From positions 1 to 31,122 of IMG/VR virus record IMGVR_UViG_3300007231_000027: a stretch of 31,122 bases of DNA. The stretch is one strand, 5' to 3'. Below, piece after piece: positions 17,620 through 26,850 of this stretch. A program made the position numbers and the translations under genes. The notes under the pieces were generated by a model. The model made no database searches. It worked only from the letters and a program-made list of their open reading frames with translations, and was not told the origin of the DNA. Each line of letters begins with the position of its first letter. The stretch's first letter is position 1. This stretch comes from a virus. Its lineage: Duplodnaviria > Caudoviricetes.

Positions 17620-20600
17620 ATGAGTGAAAAAGAATACATTGTAAGTTTAAACAAAGGCGTAGACTACGCTGCATTTAACGCAGAAATGATTGCTGCTACT
17701 GGCGCAGGAGTAATACCAGGACGTGATGTTACTGTTGCAAATGCAAGACCTGCTTCACAACGTAATACACATTATAGTTTAACAGACGCCGAAGCTGAAG
17801 AGTTAAAAACAGATTCGAGAGTCTATGCAGTTACCTTACTGCCAGAATTAGATCCAGATATTGGAATTGGGTTTGATACAACACAAACCGGCGACTTTAC
17901 AAAAACTACACTAGACCGCGGAGATTTCCTAAACTGGGGTATGCGTAGAATGAATGAAACCATTAATCCTTATACAGGAGTTAACGCAGCAGCCGGCGGA
18001 TATAATTATACACTTGATGGCTCAGGCGTTGATGTTGTTATTATGGATAGTGGACTACAAATAGATCATCCTGAATTTCAAGATGCTAATGGTGTAAGTA
18101 GAGTTGTAGAACTTGACTGGACAACAGCTAGTGGTATTGTAGGAATGCCTGCACAAAGTGCTAACTACTACAGAGATTATGACGGACACGGTACACACGT
18201 AGCTGGCACAGCAACAGGTAAAACGTATGGTTGGGCTAAGAACGCTAAAATTTATAGTTTAAAACTTGCAGGACTAGAAGGCACAGGCGATAGCGGAACA
18301 GGTACAAGCGCAACATATGCATTTGATTGTATCAAAGAGTGGCACAACGCTAAGCCGATTGACGCTGCAACAGGCGCAAAGCGACCAACAGTTGTAAACA
18401 TGAGTTGGGGATATTTACGATACTACGACACAGTTACTAGTATGACATATCGTGGCGTTTCAAAAACTGGAACAGATATCGATAGTACTTCAAAACGTTG
18501 GGCATTTGGTCTACCGCCTGTATGGAACGGTGTTAGATATGCAACAAACTTAAGAATCGGTTCGGTTGATGTTGATATGGAAGAACTAATTGACGCAGGC
18601 GTACACGTTATGGTAGCAGCTGGCAATAGAAGTCACAAAGTTGACGTAGTAGGGGGCGACGATTACGATAATGTACTTGTGGCTAATACTGGATCAGTAA
18701 ACTATCAAAGAGGTTCGTCACCGTATAGTGTAAATGCACATATTGTCGGCAACGTAGATAGTACAATAAATGCAGGCGGATTAGAACAAAAAGCTATAAG
18801 TTCAGAAGCAGGTCCAGGTGTTAGTGTTTTTGCCCCAGGTACTGATATTATGAGTGCAATGAGTACTACAAACAAGTTTGGAGCAACTATACTCAACAAT
18901 CCTTACCCACCAAATTCTAGTTTCTTAATTAATAACATAAGCGGCACTAGTATGGCATCGCCACAGGTAGCTGGAATGACAGCATTATGGTTGCAATTAA
19001 ATCCTAGTGCAACGCCTGCGCAAGCACTAGCGTTCGTTAATACTACAGCTAAGACTACTGCTTTGTATAATACAGGTTCGCCTGCTACTGACTATACTGA
19101 TACTCGCAGCTTGTTGGGAGCAACAAATAGATTTGCATTTAATAAATTTAACAGTGCAACACAACTAACTATGGGCACAGTAGCAGAAGCTGCTGCTCCT
19201 GGTGCAGTAGCAACATATTCATTGTCGTCGAGTGCAGCAAGTGTTAATGAAGGCAGTAGTGTAACAATTACTCTTACTACTACTAATGTTGCTAATGACA
19301 CGTCGATCGGGTATATTGTATCTGGCATCGAATCAGGTGATATTAGCGAATCACTTACAGGTAACTTTATTGTAACTGGAAATACAGCAACAGCTACATT
19401 TAATATAACAGCAGATGCGACTACAGAAGGCGCACAAACTATGTTATTATCCCTAATTGGTATTAGTGAGTCTGTTAGTGTTACTATTAACGATACAAGT
19501 ACTACTCCTCTAGTACCTGCTTATGCAGTAGCACCAGCAGCTAACAATGTTGATGAAGGTAGTGCGTTAATATTTAATGTTACAACATCAAATGTTGCAG
19601 ATGCAACTACACTTTATTGGAGCGTTACTAACGCAGGTGATTTTGCTACATCGACAGGTAGCTTTACAGTCACAAGTAATGCAGCAACATTTAGTGTAAC
19701 ACCAACGGCTGATACAACAACTGAAGGCGTAGAAACATTTACTGCTAGTGTTAGAACCGGAAGTGTAAGTGGTACAGTAGTTGCAACTTCGAGTGCAGTT
19801 ACAATTAATGACACGAGTTTAACACCAGGGGGCGGAGCAGAATCTTACTCACTTGGTGCAAGTTCAACTTCTTTACAGGAAGGCGAGAAAACAACGTTTA
19901 CACTTACTACAGCAAACGTAGACGATGCAACTGACGTACCATATACAATCTCAGGTGTTAATTCAAGCGATTTGGATACTGGTCCAAGGGCAAGCGGCGC
20001 TGTAGGAAATACTGTAGGATATGGTAGTAACTTCTTTACTAGAGAAATTAGAACAGCAGGTGTTAGACTTGTAAGTGCAGGAGCTGTCGGTGGACAAACA
20101 GCAGTACCAGATGCATTTATTGAAAAAGTAGCACGTATGTTCCAGTTGTTTACTGATAGTGCAGGCGCAGGTATTAACGCAGGCAAACAAAATCAATTCA
20201 TCGAAACATTACTTGGTAATACAACATCTTATCACTCACCAAAGCCGACTATACAAAGAATAGCAAGAGGCGCAGGCGGCGACTATACACCAAACTTCTT
20301 AGACGATGCAGGTATACGTAGTTGGGGATTAGAACCATTGTTTGATTCTACAGTAAATAACGATATGGTATGGTACTTAAACAGTAGTGGTACTCCTGGA
20401 ACAGGCGACGAAGATGCACAAGAAGTTATTGAGCACGTATTCCACACACTACACATGCATGGATTAGATGCAGCAACATTAAAAATGTATCCAACTATAA
20501 GCGCAGACTGGGCAACTAGTGACTTACACGCTGCAATGAAAGAAGCAGCTGATGCAAATATGTGGGATCCAAGTGGATACTCACCTAATTGGGAAACTGA

Positions 20601-21693
20601 CGCGGGCGAGTTTGAAGTCGGTGTTAAAGAATACTTGTACTTGTTGAACTTCTGTATGTTTGATTATTCAAGTCTATGGGATGGCGAAAGTCTTGCTCCA
20701 GAATGGAGTGATAGTGTAAAAACGCCAGCAGGTATACAAGCAAACAATCCCTTAGGTTATGCGTTGTTTAATACAAACATCGCCGATGTAATTAGTAAAC
20801 CATCTTTGGCAACTATTAGAACAATATTCCAAGACGGTGACGTAGGCGATCCAACAGTCGCAGGCGCATCAGGATATAGTGCAGATGCACCAATTTCATT
20901 AACTGGCAACTTTACAGTTAGTTCAAACACTGCTACACTTGAAATCAACACAGCAAAAGATGGAATCACTGATGGTGATAAAACACTTGCACTTGCGCTA
21001 AATAACGGCGAAGCATCAACAAACGTTAGTATTACAGATTCAAGTCAAAATGTTGGGTCAACTTACTATGCTTATCCAGCAGCACAATCTATCAACGAAG
21101 GCAGTGCTCTGACAATTAATGTTGTTACAACAGATCAATCAGACGGAACATTATATTGGACAATTGGATCTAATGCAAGTGACTTTAGTCTAGCAAGTGG
21201 CAATTTTGCAATCACAAGCGACAATGGATCATTTACAGTAACTCCGACGGCTGATGCAGGAACAGAAGGCGCAGAAACATTTACAGTTGAAATTAGAACT
21301 GGTAGCGTAAGTGGTAATGTTGTGTATACAACTAATCCGATTACAATTAACGATACAAGTTTAACACCAACAGCTGATTATACAATTAACGTAGTAAACA
21401 ATGGCGCAAGTGATTATACACTAAGCGGCACTGATAGAAATGGTGCAGTAAGTGGAAACGATCCAGCAATAGCATTTAACAACGGTGATGTTGTAGACTT
21501 TGTAGTTAGTGCAAGTGGACATCCGTTTTGGATCAAAACAGCACAAGTCACAGGAACAGGCAGTGGTGCACCAGGTGTAACTAATAACGGTACAGACAGT
21601 GGCACAGTTCAGTGGACTGTTGGTAGTACTGATACTTTCTACTATATCTGTCAAATCCACGCTGGAATGGTTGGCACAATAACAGCTTCATAA
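17620..21693 (+). CDS. Subtilisin-like S8 serine protease fused to Calx-beta/Ig-like repeats, an inserted His-rich domain and a C-terminal cupredoxin-like domain; probably virion-associated
   Basis: Catalytic triad motifs VVIMDSG, GHGTHVAGT and SGTSMASPQVAG, plus VNMSWG and AAGN. Four (N/D/Q)EG...TEG...V/IT/SINDTS-type repeats. C-terminus GHPFWI...YYICQIHAGMVGTI. Confidence 0.88.
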   Translation: MSEKEYIVSLNKGVDYAAFNAEMIAATGAGVIPGRDVTVANARPASQRNTHYSLTDAEAEELKTDSRVYAVTLLPELDPDIGIGFDTTQTGDFTKTTLDRGDFLNWGMRRMNETINPYTGVNAAAGGYNYTLDGSGVDVVIMDSGLQIDHPEFQDANGVSRVVELDWTTASGIVGMPAQSANYYRDYDGHGTHVAGTATGKTYGWAKNAKIYSLKLAGLEGTGDSGTGTSATYAFDCIKEWHNAKPIDAATGAKRPTVVNMSWGYLRYYDTVTSMTYRGVSKTGTDIDSTSKRWAFGLPPVWNGVRYATNLRIGSVDVDMEELIDAGVHVMVAAGNRSHKVDVVGGDDYDNVLVANTGSVNYQRGSSPYSVNAHIVGNVDSTINAGGLEQKAISSEAGPGVSVFAPGTDIMSAMSTTNKFGATILNNPYPPNSSFLINNISGTSMASPQVAGMTALWLQLNPSATPAQALAFVNTTAKTTALYNTGSPATDYTDTRSLLGATNRFAFNKFNSATQLTMGTVAEAAAPGAVATYSLSSSAASVNEGSSVTITLTTTNVANDTSIGYIVSGIESGDISESLTGNFIVTGNTATATFNITADATTEGAQTMLLSLIGISESVSVTINDTSTTPLVPAYAVAPAANNVDEGSALIFNVTTSNVADATTLYWSVTNAGDFATSTGSFTVTSNAATFSVTPTADTTTEGVETFTASVRTGSVSGTVVATSSAVTINDTSLTPGGGAESYSLGASSTSLQEGEKTTFTLTTANVDDATDVPYTISGVNSSDLDTGPRASGAVGNTVGYGSNFFTREIRTAGVRLVSAGAVGGQTAVPDAFIEKVARMFQLFTDSAGAGINAGKQNQFIETLLGNTTSYHSPKPTIQRIARGAGGDYTPNFLDDAGIRSWGLEPLFDSTVNNDMVWYLNSSGTPGTGDEDAQEVIEHVFHTLHMHGLDAATLKMYPTISADWATSDLHAAMKEAADANMWDPSGYSPNWETDAGEFEVGVKEYLYLLNFCMFDYSSLWDGESLAPEWSDSVKTPAGIQANNPLGYALFNTNIADVISKPSLATIRTIFQDGDVGDPTVAGASGYSADAPISLTGNFTVSSNTATLEINTAKDGITDGDKTLALALNNGEASTNVSITDSSQNVGSTYYAYPAAQSINEGSALTINVVTTDQSDGTLYWTIGSNASDFSLASGNFAITSDNGSFTVTPTADAGTEGAETFTVEIRTGSVSGNVVYTTNPITINDTSLTPTADYTINVVNNGASDYTLSGTDRNGAVSGNDPAIAFNNGDVVDFVVSASGHPFWIKTAQVTGTGSGAPGVTNNGTDSGTVQWTVGSTDTFYYICQIHAGMVGTITAS

Positions 21694-21703
21694 GGAAACT
21701 AAA

Positions 21704-22450
21704 ATGGCAGTACAATTAATTAACATAGGCAATATTGCCAACGATGGAACAGGTGATGATCTTCGCGAAGCATTTATTAAAACAAATGCAAACTTTGAAG
21801 AGTTGGATCTACGTGACGATGAACAAACAACTGCTAAGAATTTAGGTGACACAGGCGAAGGATTATTCTTCCGTAGAAATGTATATGACTTAGAGTTTAA
21901 AAAGATTAGTGCAGGTTCAAATGTAACTCTAACTGCTGATGATAATAAGATTGTGATAGCCGCAGACAGCGGAGTAAGTGATTTAACTATTACTGCTGAC
22001 ACTGGCAATGTTGTACTAGACGATAGTGCAGCATTAACTATATCAGGCGGCGCAGACATTAGCACAGTTATTGTAGACGGCGTACTTACTGTTGCGTATA
22101 CAGGCGTTACAGACTTAGTTTCAGATACTACTCCGCAACTAAGTGCAGATTTAGATGCACAAGCAAATAACTTATTAAATGTAGGAACTATTACTACAAC
22201 CGGAATCAATGGTCCTGTAACAGGTAATGTAACAGGTAATCTAACAGGTAATGTAACAGGTGATCTAACTGGACTTGTGCATGGCATTGATATACGTACT
22301 ATTGCTGGAGATGATCAAGCAGACTTTGGTGCTATTAATCCGGTGATAGAAAATTTATTCCAATATGTTATAATTAATACAGATATTGATTGGGGATCAA
22401 TTACAACACCAAATAGTGGAATATTTGATTTAGGTGCTATTGCAGTATAA
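21704..22450 (+). CDS. Baseplate/short fibre structural protein with gp9/gp10-like N-terminus
   Basis: AVQLINIGNIANDGTGDDLREAFIKTNANFEEL, a DTTPQLSADLD motif and VTGN repeats. TAAGGA ribosome site. Confidence 0.8.
   Translation: MAVQLINIGNIANDGTGDDLREAFIKTNANFEELDLRDDEQTTAKNLGDTGEGLFFRRNVYDLEFKKISAGSNVTLTADDNKIVIAADSGVSDLTITADTGNVVLDDSAALTISGGADISTVIVDGVLTVAYTGVTDLVSDTTPQLSADLDAQANNLLNVGTITTTGINGPVTGNVTGNLTGNVTGDLTGLVHGIDIRTIAGDDQADFGAINPVIENLFQYVIINTDIDWGSITTPNSGIFDLGAIAV
22217..22273 (+). repeat. 12-bp coding tandem repeat (G/C)TAACAGGT(A/G)AT, about 4.7 copies, encoding VTGN/LTGN
   Basis: Read directly: gtaacaggtaat gtaacaggtaat ctaacaggtaat gtaacaggtgat ctaactgga. Confidence 0.85.
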
Positions 22451-22458
22451 CTTAATTC

Positions 22459-22467
22459 CGATAAATA
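22459..22467 (+). promoter_or_regulatory. Late promoter CGATAAATA
   Basis: Intergenic, followed by TAAGGA and the ATG at 22490. Confidence 0.7.
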
Positions 22468-22489
22468 CGTTGTATAAGGAATCTATTTA

Positions 22490-25400
22490 ATGTCAAATTT
22501 ATGGAATATTGTAACTGGAGCTCGACTTAAAACACTAATTGAGAGATCCCAAGTCAACATTATTTTGCCACTTGCGAATGGTGTCTCTGCGGACATTGAA
22601 CTAATTAGCGGTAGTATTCCTACAGGCACACGATTAGAAAATAATACGATAGTAGGAACAGTATACGAAGTTGCATATGATACAACATTTAATGCTGTGT
22701 TTAGAGCAACTACAGATACTGGATTTCAAGACTGTACAATTGAATTTGTAGTTACTGGTCCAGACTCTCCTACTTGGCAAACTGCTGAAGGGTTACTAGA
22801 CGTAGGTTCTAATAATAGTTTATTCATCCTTGACAACGAAATTATAGATTATCAATTAGTAGCTACTGATACAGATTTAAGTGCCGGCGACGAGCTAAGT
22901 TATTTTATAGCCGACGGCGATGGTTCATTGCCGATAGGCATTACACTGAGTAGTACAGGTAGATTACAAGGTACTACTGAGCCTTTAATTAGTTTAGACA
23001 AACGCTTCACAGGCGGAGGCTATGATAGTGCTCCGTATGCTGGGCTCCCAATAGACTATGCTGTACTAAGTTCAAACGGCTTCGGAAGCTTCTACTACGA
23101 TACTGTAGATTACGATTATAATGAACCAACTGCTAATTTAAGAAAATTAAATAGATATTATCCATTTGCTGTTACAGTTACAGACGGTGAAAATTTTGTT
23201 CGTAGAGAATTTAAAATCTATCTAGTAGGTGATGATTACTTAAAGGCAGACAACACTATAATGCAAGCAAGCACAGGTGTATTTACTGCTGATACAACGA
23301 ACGTAAGAACTCCAGTATGGATAACTCCAAAAGATCTAGGCTTTCGACGTGCAAATAATTATACAACAATATATTTAGAAATTGTCGACAACTGGACACT
23401 TGAGGGTGTTATTGTTTATACTCTTGAAGATGTCAACGACGACCTTACTGCTAGTGAATTACCTCCTGGCATGACTTTAGATAGTCAAACAGGTGAAGTA
23501 GTTGGACGTATTCCTTATCAGCCAGCTGTTACACAAAACTATAAATTTACGGTAAGAGCGACAAGACTTACTACTGATTTAGAAACAGTTACAATATTTG
23601 CAAATATTTACGAAGATGTATTATTAGGTAATAACAGTTTTAAAATTTATAAAATTGATCTAACAGGTGCCATAGATGGCACTAATGATTTATTTGAACT
23701 AATAGGTAAGAAAATACTATTAGGAAATAGACAATACACTGTTACTAACGTAGATGCTAGAAATGCAGATTACGATATAGTATTTGTGGAGGAAACTCTT
23801 GCTCCTAGTATTAGTTTGCTGTTAAGTCAAACTGCTACAATAGGGCAAGATCATATATTTGTCTCACGTATGTCAGAATCTAATAAATCAAAGTATGCTG
23901 GCAGAACTTTAAAATTTTCAAATACAGAATCTTATACAATAAATGAGTTTACTCCGTACATTGAATGGCAGGTTACACAAACAACATCAGAAGATCCATT
24001 TCTGCCATCCAAGGCACCGAGATTGATAGAACTAAGCACAAATTACTATGTCGGCGACTATATTATTAACTCTATCGAGACAGGTGGCAACGGATTTATT
24101 TATAGATGCACAACTGCACATGCTGTAACTGCACAACTGGACGAATTTAATGATAACGTATTAATCGATGATATTGTACAATTAAACTTTATAGATGATA
24201 ATTGGACGCAAGTTGCAGAAACATTAGAAGGACTTAGTGCAAATGACAGAGTTACAGCTACTAAACAGTCACTTGAAGCAGAATACAATGGTACTGCATA
24301 TATTACAGTAGTTGACAGTTTAAATTGGAGAGTAAGAGTTCCTAGTACTGCATATTCAAGAATTAAAGCAAATATACAGGCATTCTTTAGTAGTGAAGAT
24401 AGCAGTAATGTTATCGCAACACTAATACGCGACAACGAAGATAAAATAACACTTAGTACAAATTTAAGTTCACAGTTAAATAACGGCAGAAACATTGGCA
24501 TTGCACTATTTGCAAAAGACAGTTTCTTCAAAAACCTTATTATTGCGGAACGCGACGAAGTTGATATACCTAGTACAGCTAAGACATTCGAAGTACGTGT
24601 AATCGGCGAAATAGACTCAAACATTAAATGGATAACACCTACAAAATTAGGAAGTATTAATGCTAATTTTACAAGTACACTAAAATTAATTGCTGAAACA
24701 ACTGTACCAGATACTGCTATGATTTATACACTTAAATCTGGTAAGTTGCCATTTGGATTAACACTTAACTATGATGGTGAAATTATCGGTGCAGCTAGAC
24801 AATATGGTACAGTTAATAACCCTGGATTAACTATATTTGAAAATAAAGCGGTTACCTGGGACGGGTCAATACCAGGCGATACAACCTTTGACAGAAGTTA
24901 TAAATTTACAGTAGAAGCTAGAGATAGATTTAATTATACAGCAATTGAGCAACAATTCACATTATCTGTTCAAGATTTTGATAATATACAATATACTGAC
25001 ATTTATATGCGTCCTATGCTGTCTAATAGTCAAAGAAAATATTACAAAGATTTTGTAAGTAATCCTGAAGTGTTTTCCCCTAATAAAATTTATCGTCCTG
25101 GAGATCCAACATTTGGTATTCAGACAAATTTAGATATGCTTGTATATGCAGGAGTTGAAGCAACTACTATGGATAAATTTGTTGCTGCCGCAGCAAAGGG
25201 TCATAAACGTAAAAAATACATATTAGGTGATATAAAGAGTGCTGTTGCTAAACTATCAGCTACATCAGATACTATATACGAAGTAGTGTATATAGATGTT
25301 AAAGATCCTGCTAATTCGACTACAGGCACTAAAACTGCTGATAAATTTATTACTAAATCAAAAGAAAAAATAACAGTCGATAGTATCCAGTATGCAGTTT

Positions 25401-25999
25401 TAGACGATGCTACTCGATTTAGAGCGGGATATAACCAACTAGCTGTTTATACTAGAGCAATTGCAAGATTTGTGTTCAGTGACACAGATGAAATTATTAT
25501 TGAAACAAGAGCGCCTGCAGAAGAAGAACTTAATGTAGACAATGCAGACTTTGAAGTTACTGTAAGAGCAGGCGGCGTAGTCGAAGTTGAACTACAAAAA
25601 GGCGATAGCGAACCATACCGTCTTAGACCTAAGACTAATACTATTAAAACAGACTCAAATGCAATCAATGTTAGTCAATCAACTGACTCAATTAAATATA
25701 TATCTAGTATAGATAATATGAGAGCAAATATTAAAACAGTCGGCGACGAAGAAAGAAACTATTTGCCTTTATGGATGAGAACTGCACAAACAGGATTTCA
25801 AGAATTAGATTATGTAACTGCAATACCAATTTGCTATTGTAAGCCGGGAGAATCGGCAACTATAATCAATAACATTAAAAACTATGGGTTTGATCCTAAA
25901 ATAATTAATTACGATATAGACAGATATATTGTTAAACAAACTGAGAACTCCGATGTTGAGAAATTTGTGCTGTTCGCAAATTACCAATTCAATGTATAA
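22490..25999 (+). CDS. Large structural protein with putative Ig (He_PIG/cadherin-like) repeats, probable baseplate wedge component
   Basis: Repeated GSIPTGTRL, GSLPIGITLSSTGRLQGT, LPPGMTLDSQTGEVVG and GKLPFGLTLNYDGEIIG motifs with YKFTV.A strands. Late promoter and position in the structural block support the call. Confidence 0.75.
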   Translation: MSNLWNIVTGARLKTLIERSQVNIILPLANGVSADIELISGSIPTGTRLENNTIVGTVYEVAYDTTFNAVFRATTDTGFQDCTIEFVVTGPDSPTWQTAEGLLDVGSNNSLFILDNEIIDYQLVATDTDLSAGDELSYFIADGDGSLPIGITLSSTGRLQGTTEPLISLDKRFTGGGYDSAPYAGLPIDYAVLSSNGFGSFYYDTVDYDYNEPTANLRKLNRYYPFAVTVTDGENFVRREFKIYLVGDDYLKADNTIMQASTGVFTADTTNVRTPVWITPKDLGFRRANNYTTIYLEIVDNWTLEGVIVYTLEDVNDDLTASELPPGMTLDSQTGEVVGRIPYQPAVTQNYKFTVRATRLTTDLETVTIFANIYEDVLLGNNSFKIYKIDLTGAIDGTNDLFELIGKKILLGNRQYTVTNVDARNADYDIVFVEETLAPSISLLLSQTATIGQDHIFVSRMSESNKSKYAGRTLKFSNTESYTINEFTPYIEWQVTQTTSEDPFLPSKAPRLIELSTNYYVGDYIINSIETGGNGFIYRCTTAHAVTAQLDEFNDNVLIDDIVQLNFIDDNWTQVAETLEGLSANDRVTATKQSLEAEYNGTAYITVVDSLNWRVRVPSTAYSRIKANIQAFFSSEDSSNVIATLIRDNEDKITLSTNLSSQLNNGRNIGIALFAKDSFFKNLIIAERDEVDIPSTAKTFEVRVIGEIDSNIKWITPTKLGSINANFTSTLKLIAETTVPDTAMIYTLKSGKLPFGLTLNYDGEIIGAARQYGTVNNPGLTIFENKAVTWDGSIPGDTTFDRSYKFTVEARDRFNYTAIEQQFTLSVQDFDNIQYTDIYMRPMLSNSQRKYYKDFVSNPEVFSPNKIYRPGDPTFGIQTNLDMLVYAGVEATTMDKFVAAAAKGHKRKKYILGDIKSAVAKLSATSDTIYEVVYIDVKDPANSTTGTKTADKFITKSKEKITVDSIQYAVLDDATRFRAGYNQLAVYTRAIARFVFSDTDEIIIETRAPAEEELNVDNADFEVTVRAGGVVEVELQKGDSEPYRLRPKTNTIKTDSNAINVSQSTDSIKYISSIDNMRANIKTVGDEERNYLPLWMRTAQTGFQELDYVTAIPICYCKPGESATIINNIKNYGFDPKIINYDIDRYIVKQTENSDVEKFVLFANYQFNV

Positions 26000-26002
26000 C
26001 AT

Positions 26003-26011
26003 CGATAAATA
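26003..26011 (+). promoter_or_regulatory. Late promoter CGATAAATA
   Basis: Intergenic, followed by AGAGGA and the ATG at 26030. Confidence 0.7.
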
Positions 26012-26029
26012 TATTAAAGAGGAATTAAC

Positions 26030-26602
26030 ATGGCTAGTACTATTATAAGCGGAACAATTGACGGATCATATCCAGTTGCAGGTGTTGACAACGACACTCA
26101 AGGCTTTCGTGACAACTTTACAATTATTAAAACAGGGTTAGCAACAGCAGCTAGTGAACTGACTGTGTTACAAGCAAACACTGCTAAACTAAATGCTACT
26201 AACGACTTTTTAGCAAGTGACGTTACTAATGCTAATTTTTCACTAAACACAGAAAAATATCATAATATTGGTACTGTAATTGCTGGACAAAATATTAGTT
26301 TCTTAAACGGTTCGTACCAAAGTGCAACGGTTAACTTAGCAGAAGGTACTAGTACAATTAACTTTGCACTTGCTGATTGGCCAGATAGAGATCATGTTGC
26401 TAAAATGACTGTGCAGTTGTTTGGTAATGACACTGCTAAAACTGTAACATTTACAGTTGACGGTGGCGGCACAATTAAATACAGTGCAAACTTTCCGGCT
26501 ACCTTAACTTTAGATAGTAGTGCCAATCCGTTGATTATCGACTTTTGGACTTATAGTCAAGGTACAACAGTATATGCAGAGTATAGAGGCCAGTTCACTT
26601 AA
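26030..26602 (+). CDS. Probable virion structural protein
   Basis: Late promoter, N-terminal YPVAGVDNDTQGFRDNFTIIK followed by a short coiled coil, and a beta-rich T/G/N C-terminus. Confidence 0.7.
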   Translation: MASTIISGTIDGSYPVAGVDNDTQGFRDNFTIIKTGLATAASELTVLQANTAKLNATNDFLASDVTNANFSLNTEKYHNIGTVIAGQNISFLNGSYQSATVNLAEGTSTINFALADWPDRDHVAKMTVQLFGNDTAKTVTFTVDGGGTIKYSANFPATLTLDSSANPLIIDFWTYSQGTTVYAEYRGQFT

Positions 26603-26841
26603 TGCTTAATCCACTAGTTGACAGCCTAGCAGGTCTATCTATAAACGAATTAGAAGACAAAATAGTTGTACTCCAGCGTAGATACTTTATGACAGCAAAT
26701 CCTGGAGTGCAACATCAAATACAAAACTTCTTAGAAATCTATCAAGAAGAAGTACAAACTCGCCGTGCAATCGAATATAATCGTCAAAAAAATGCAGAAA
26801 ATGGCGAATCAGGACTTGACAATCTAATCAATGTAAGTTAA
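26602..26841 (+). CDS. Hypothetical helical phage protein
   Basis: 79-aa ORF with TAATG coupling and a GAGG ribosome site. Confidence 0.7.
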   Translation: MLNPLVDSLAGLSINELEDKIVVLQRRYFMTANPGVQHQIQNFLEIYQEEVQTRRAIEYNRQKNAENGESGLDNLINVS

Positions 26842-26844
26842 AAT
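26816..26844 (+). promoter_or_regulatory. Sigma70-type (early) promoter TTGACA-17bp-TAAAAT; predicted +1 at or near the ATG at 26851 (leaderless)
   Basis: TTGACA at 26816-26821, an exact 17-bp spacer, TAAAAT at 26839-26844. The ATG begins 7 nt after the -10 box and has no Shine-Dalgarno sequence. Confidence 0.75.
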
Positions 26845-26850
26845 AAGTGT

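Noticed and set aside
19975-20895. Possible intein in the S8 protease gene
   Set aside because: The insert has no N-terminal Cys/Ser splice block, no terminal His-Asn and no LAGLIDADG motif, so it is treated as a domain insertion.
22217-22273. Possible CRISPR-like or regulatory repeat array
   Set aside because: The units are 12 bp, lack spacers and are in-frame coding repeats (VTGN) typical of fibre shafts.
5527-25668. Many minus-strand ORFs of 60-200 aa opposite the structural genes
   Set aside because: They are shadow frames of G/T/A/V-rich plus-strand genes. They have low-complexity S/P/V/L translations and I saw no family motifs.
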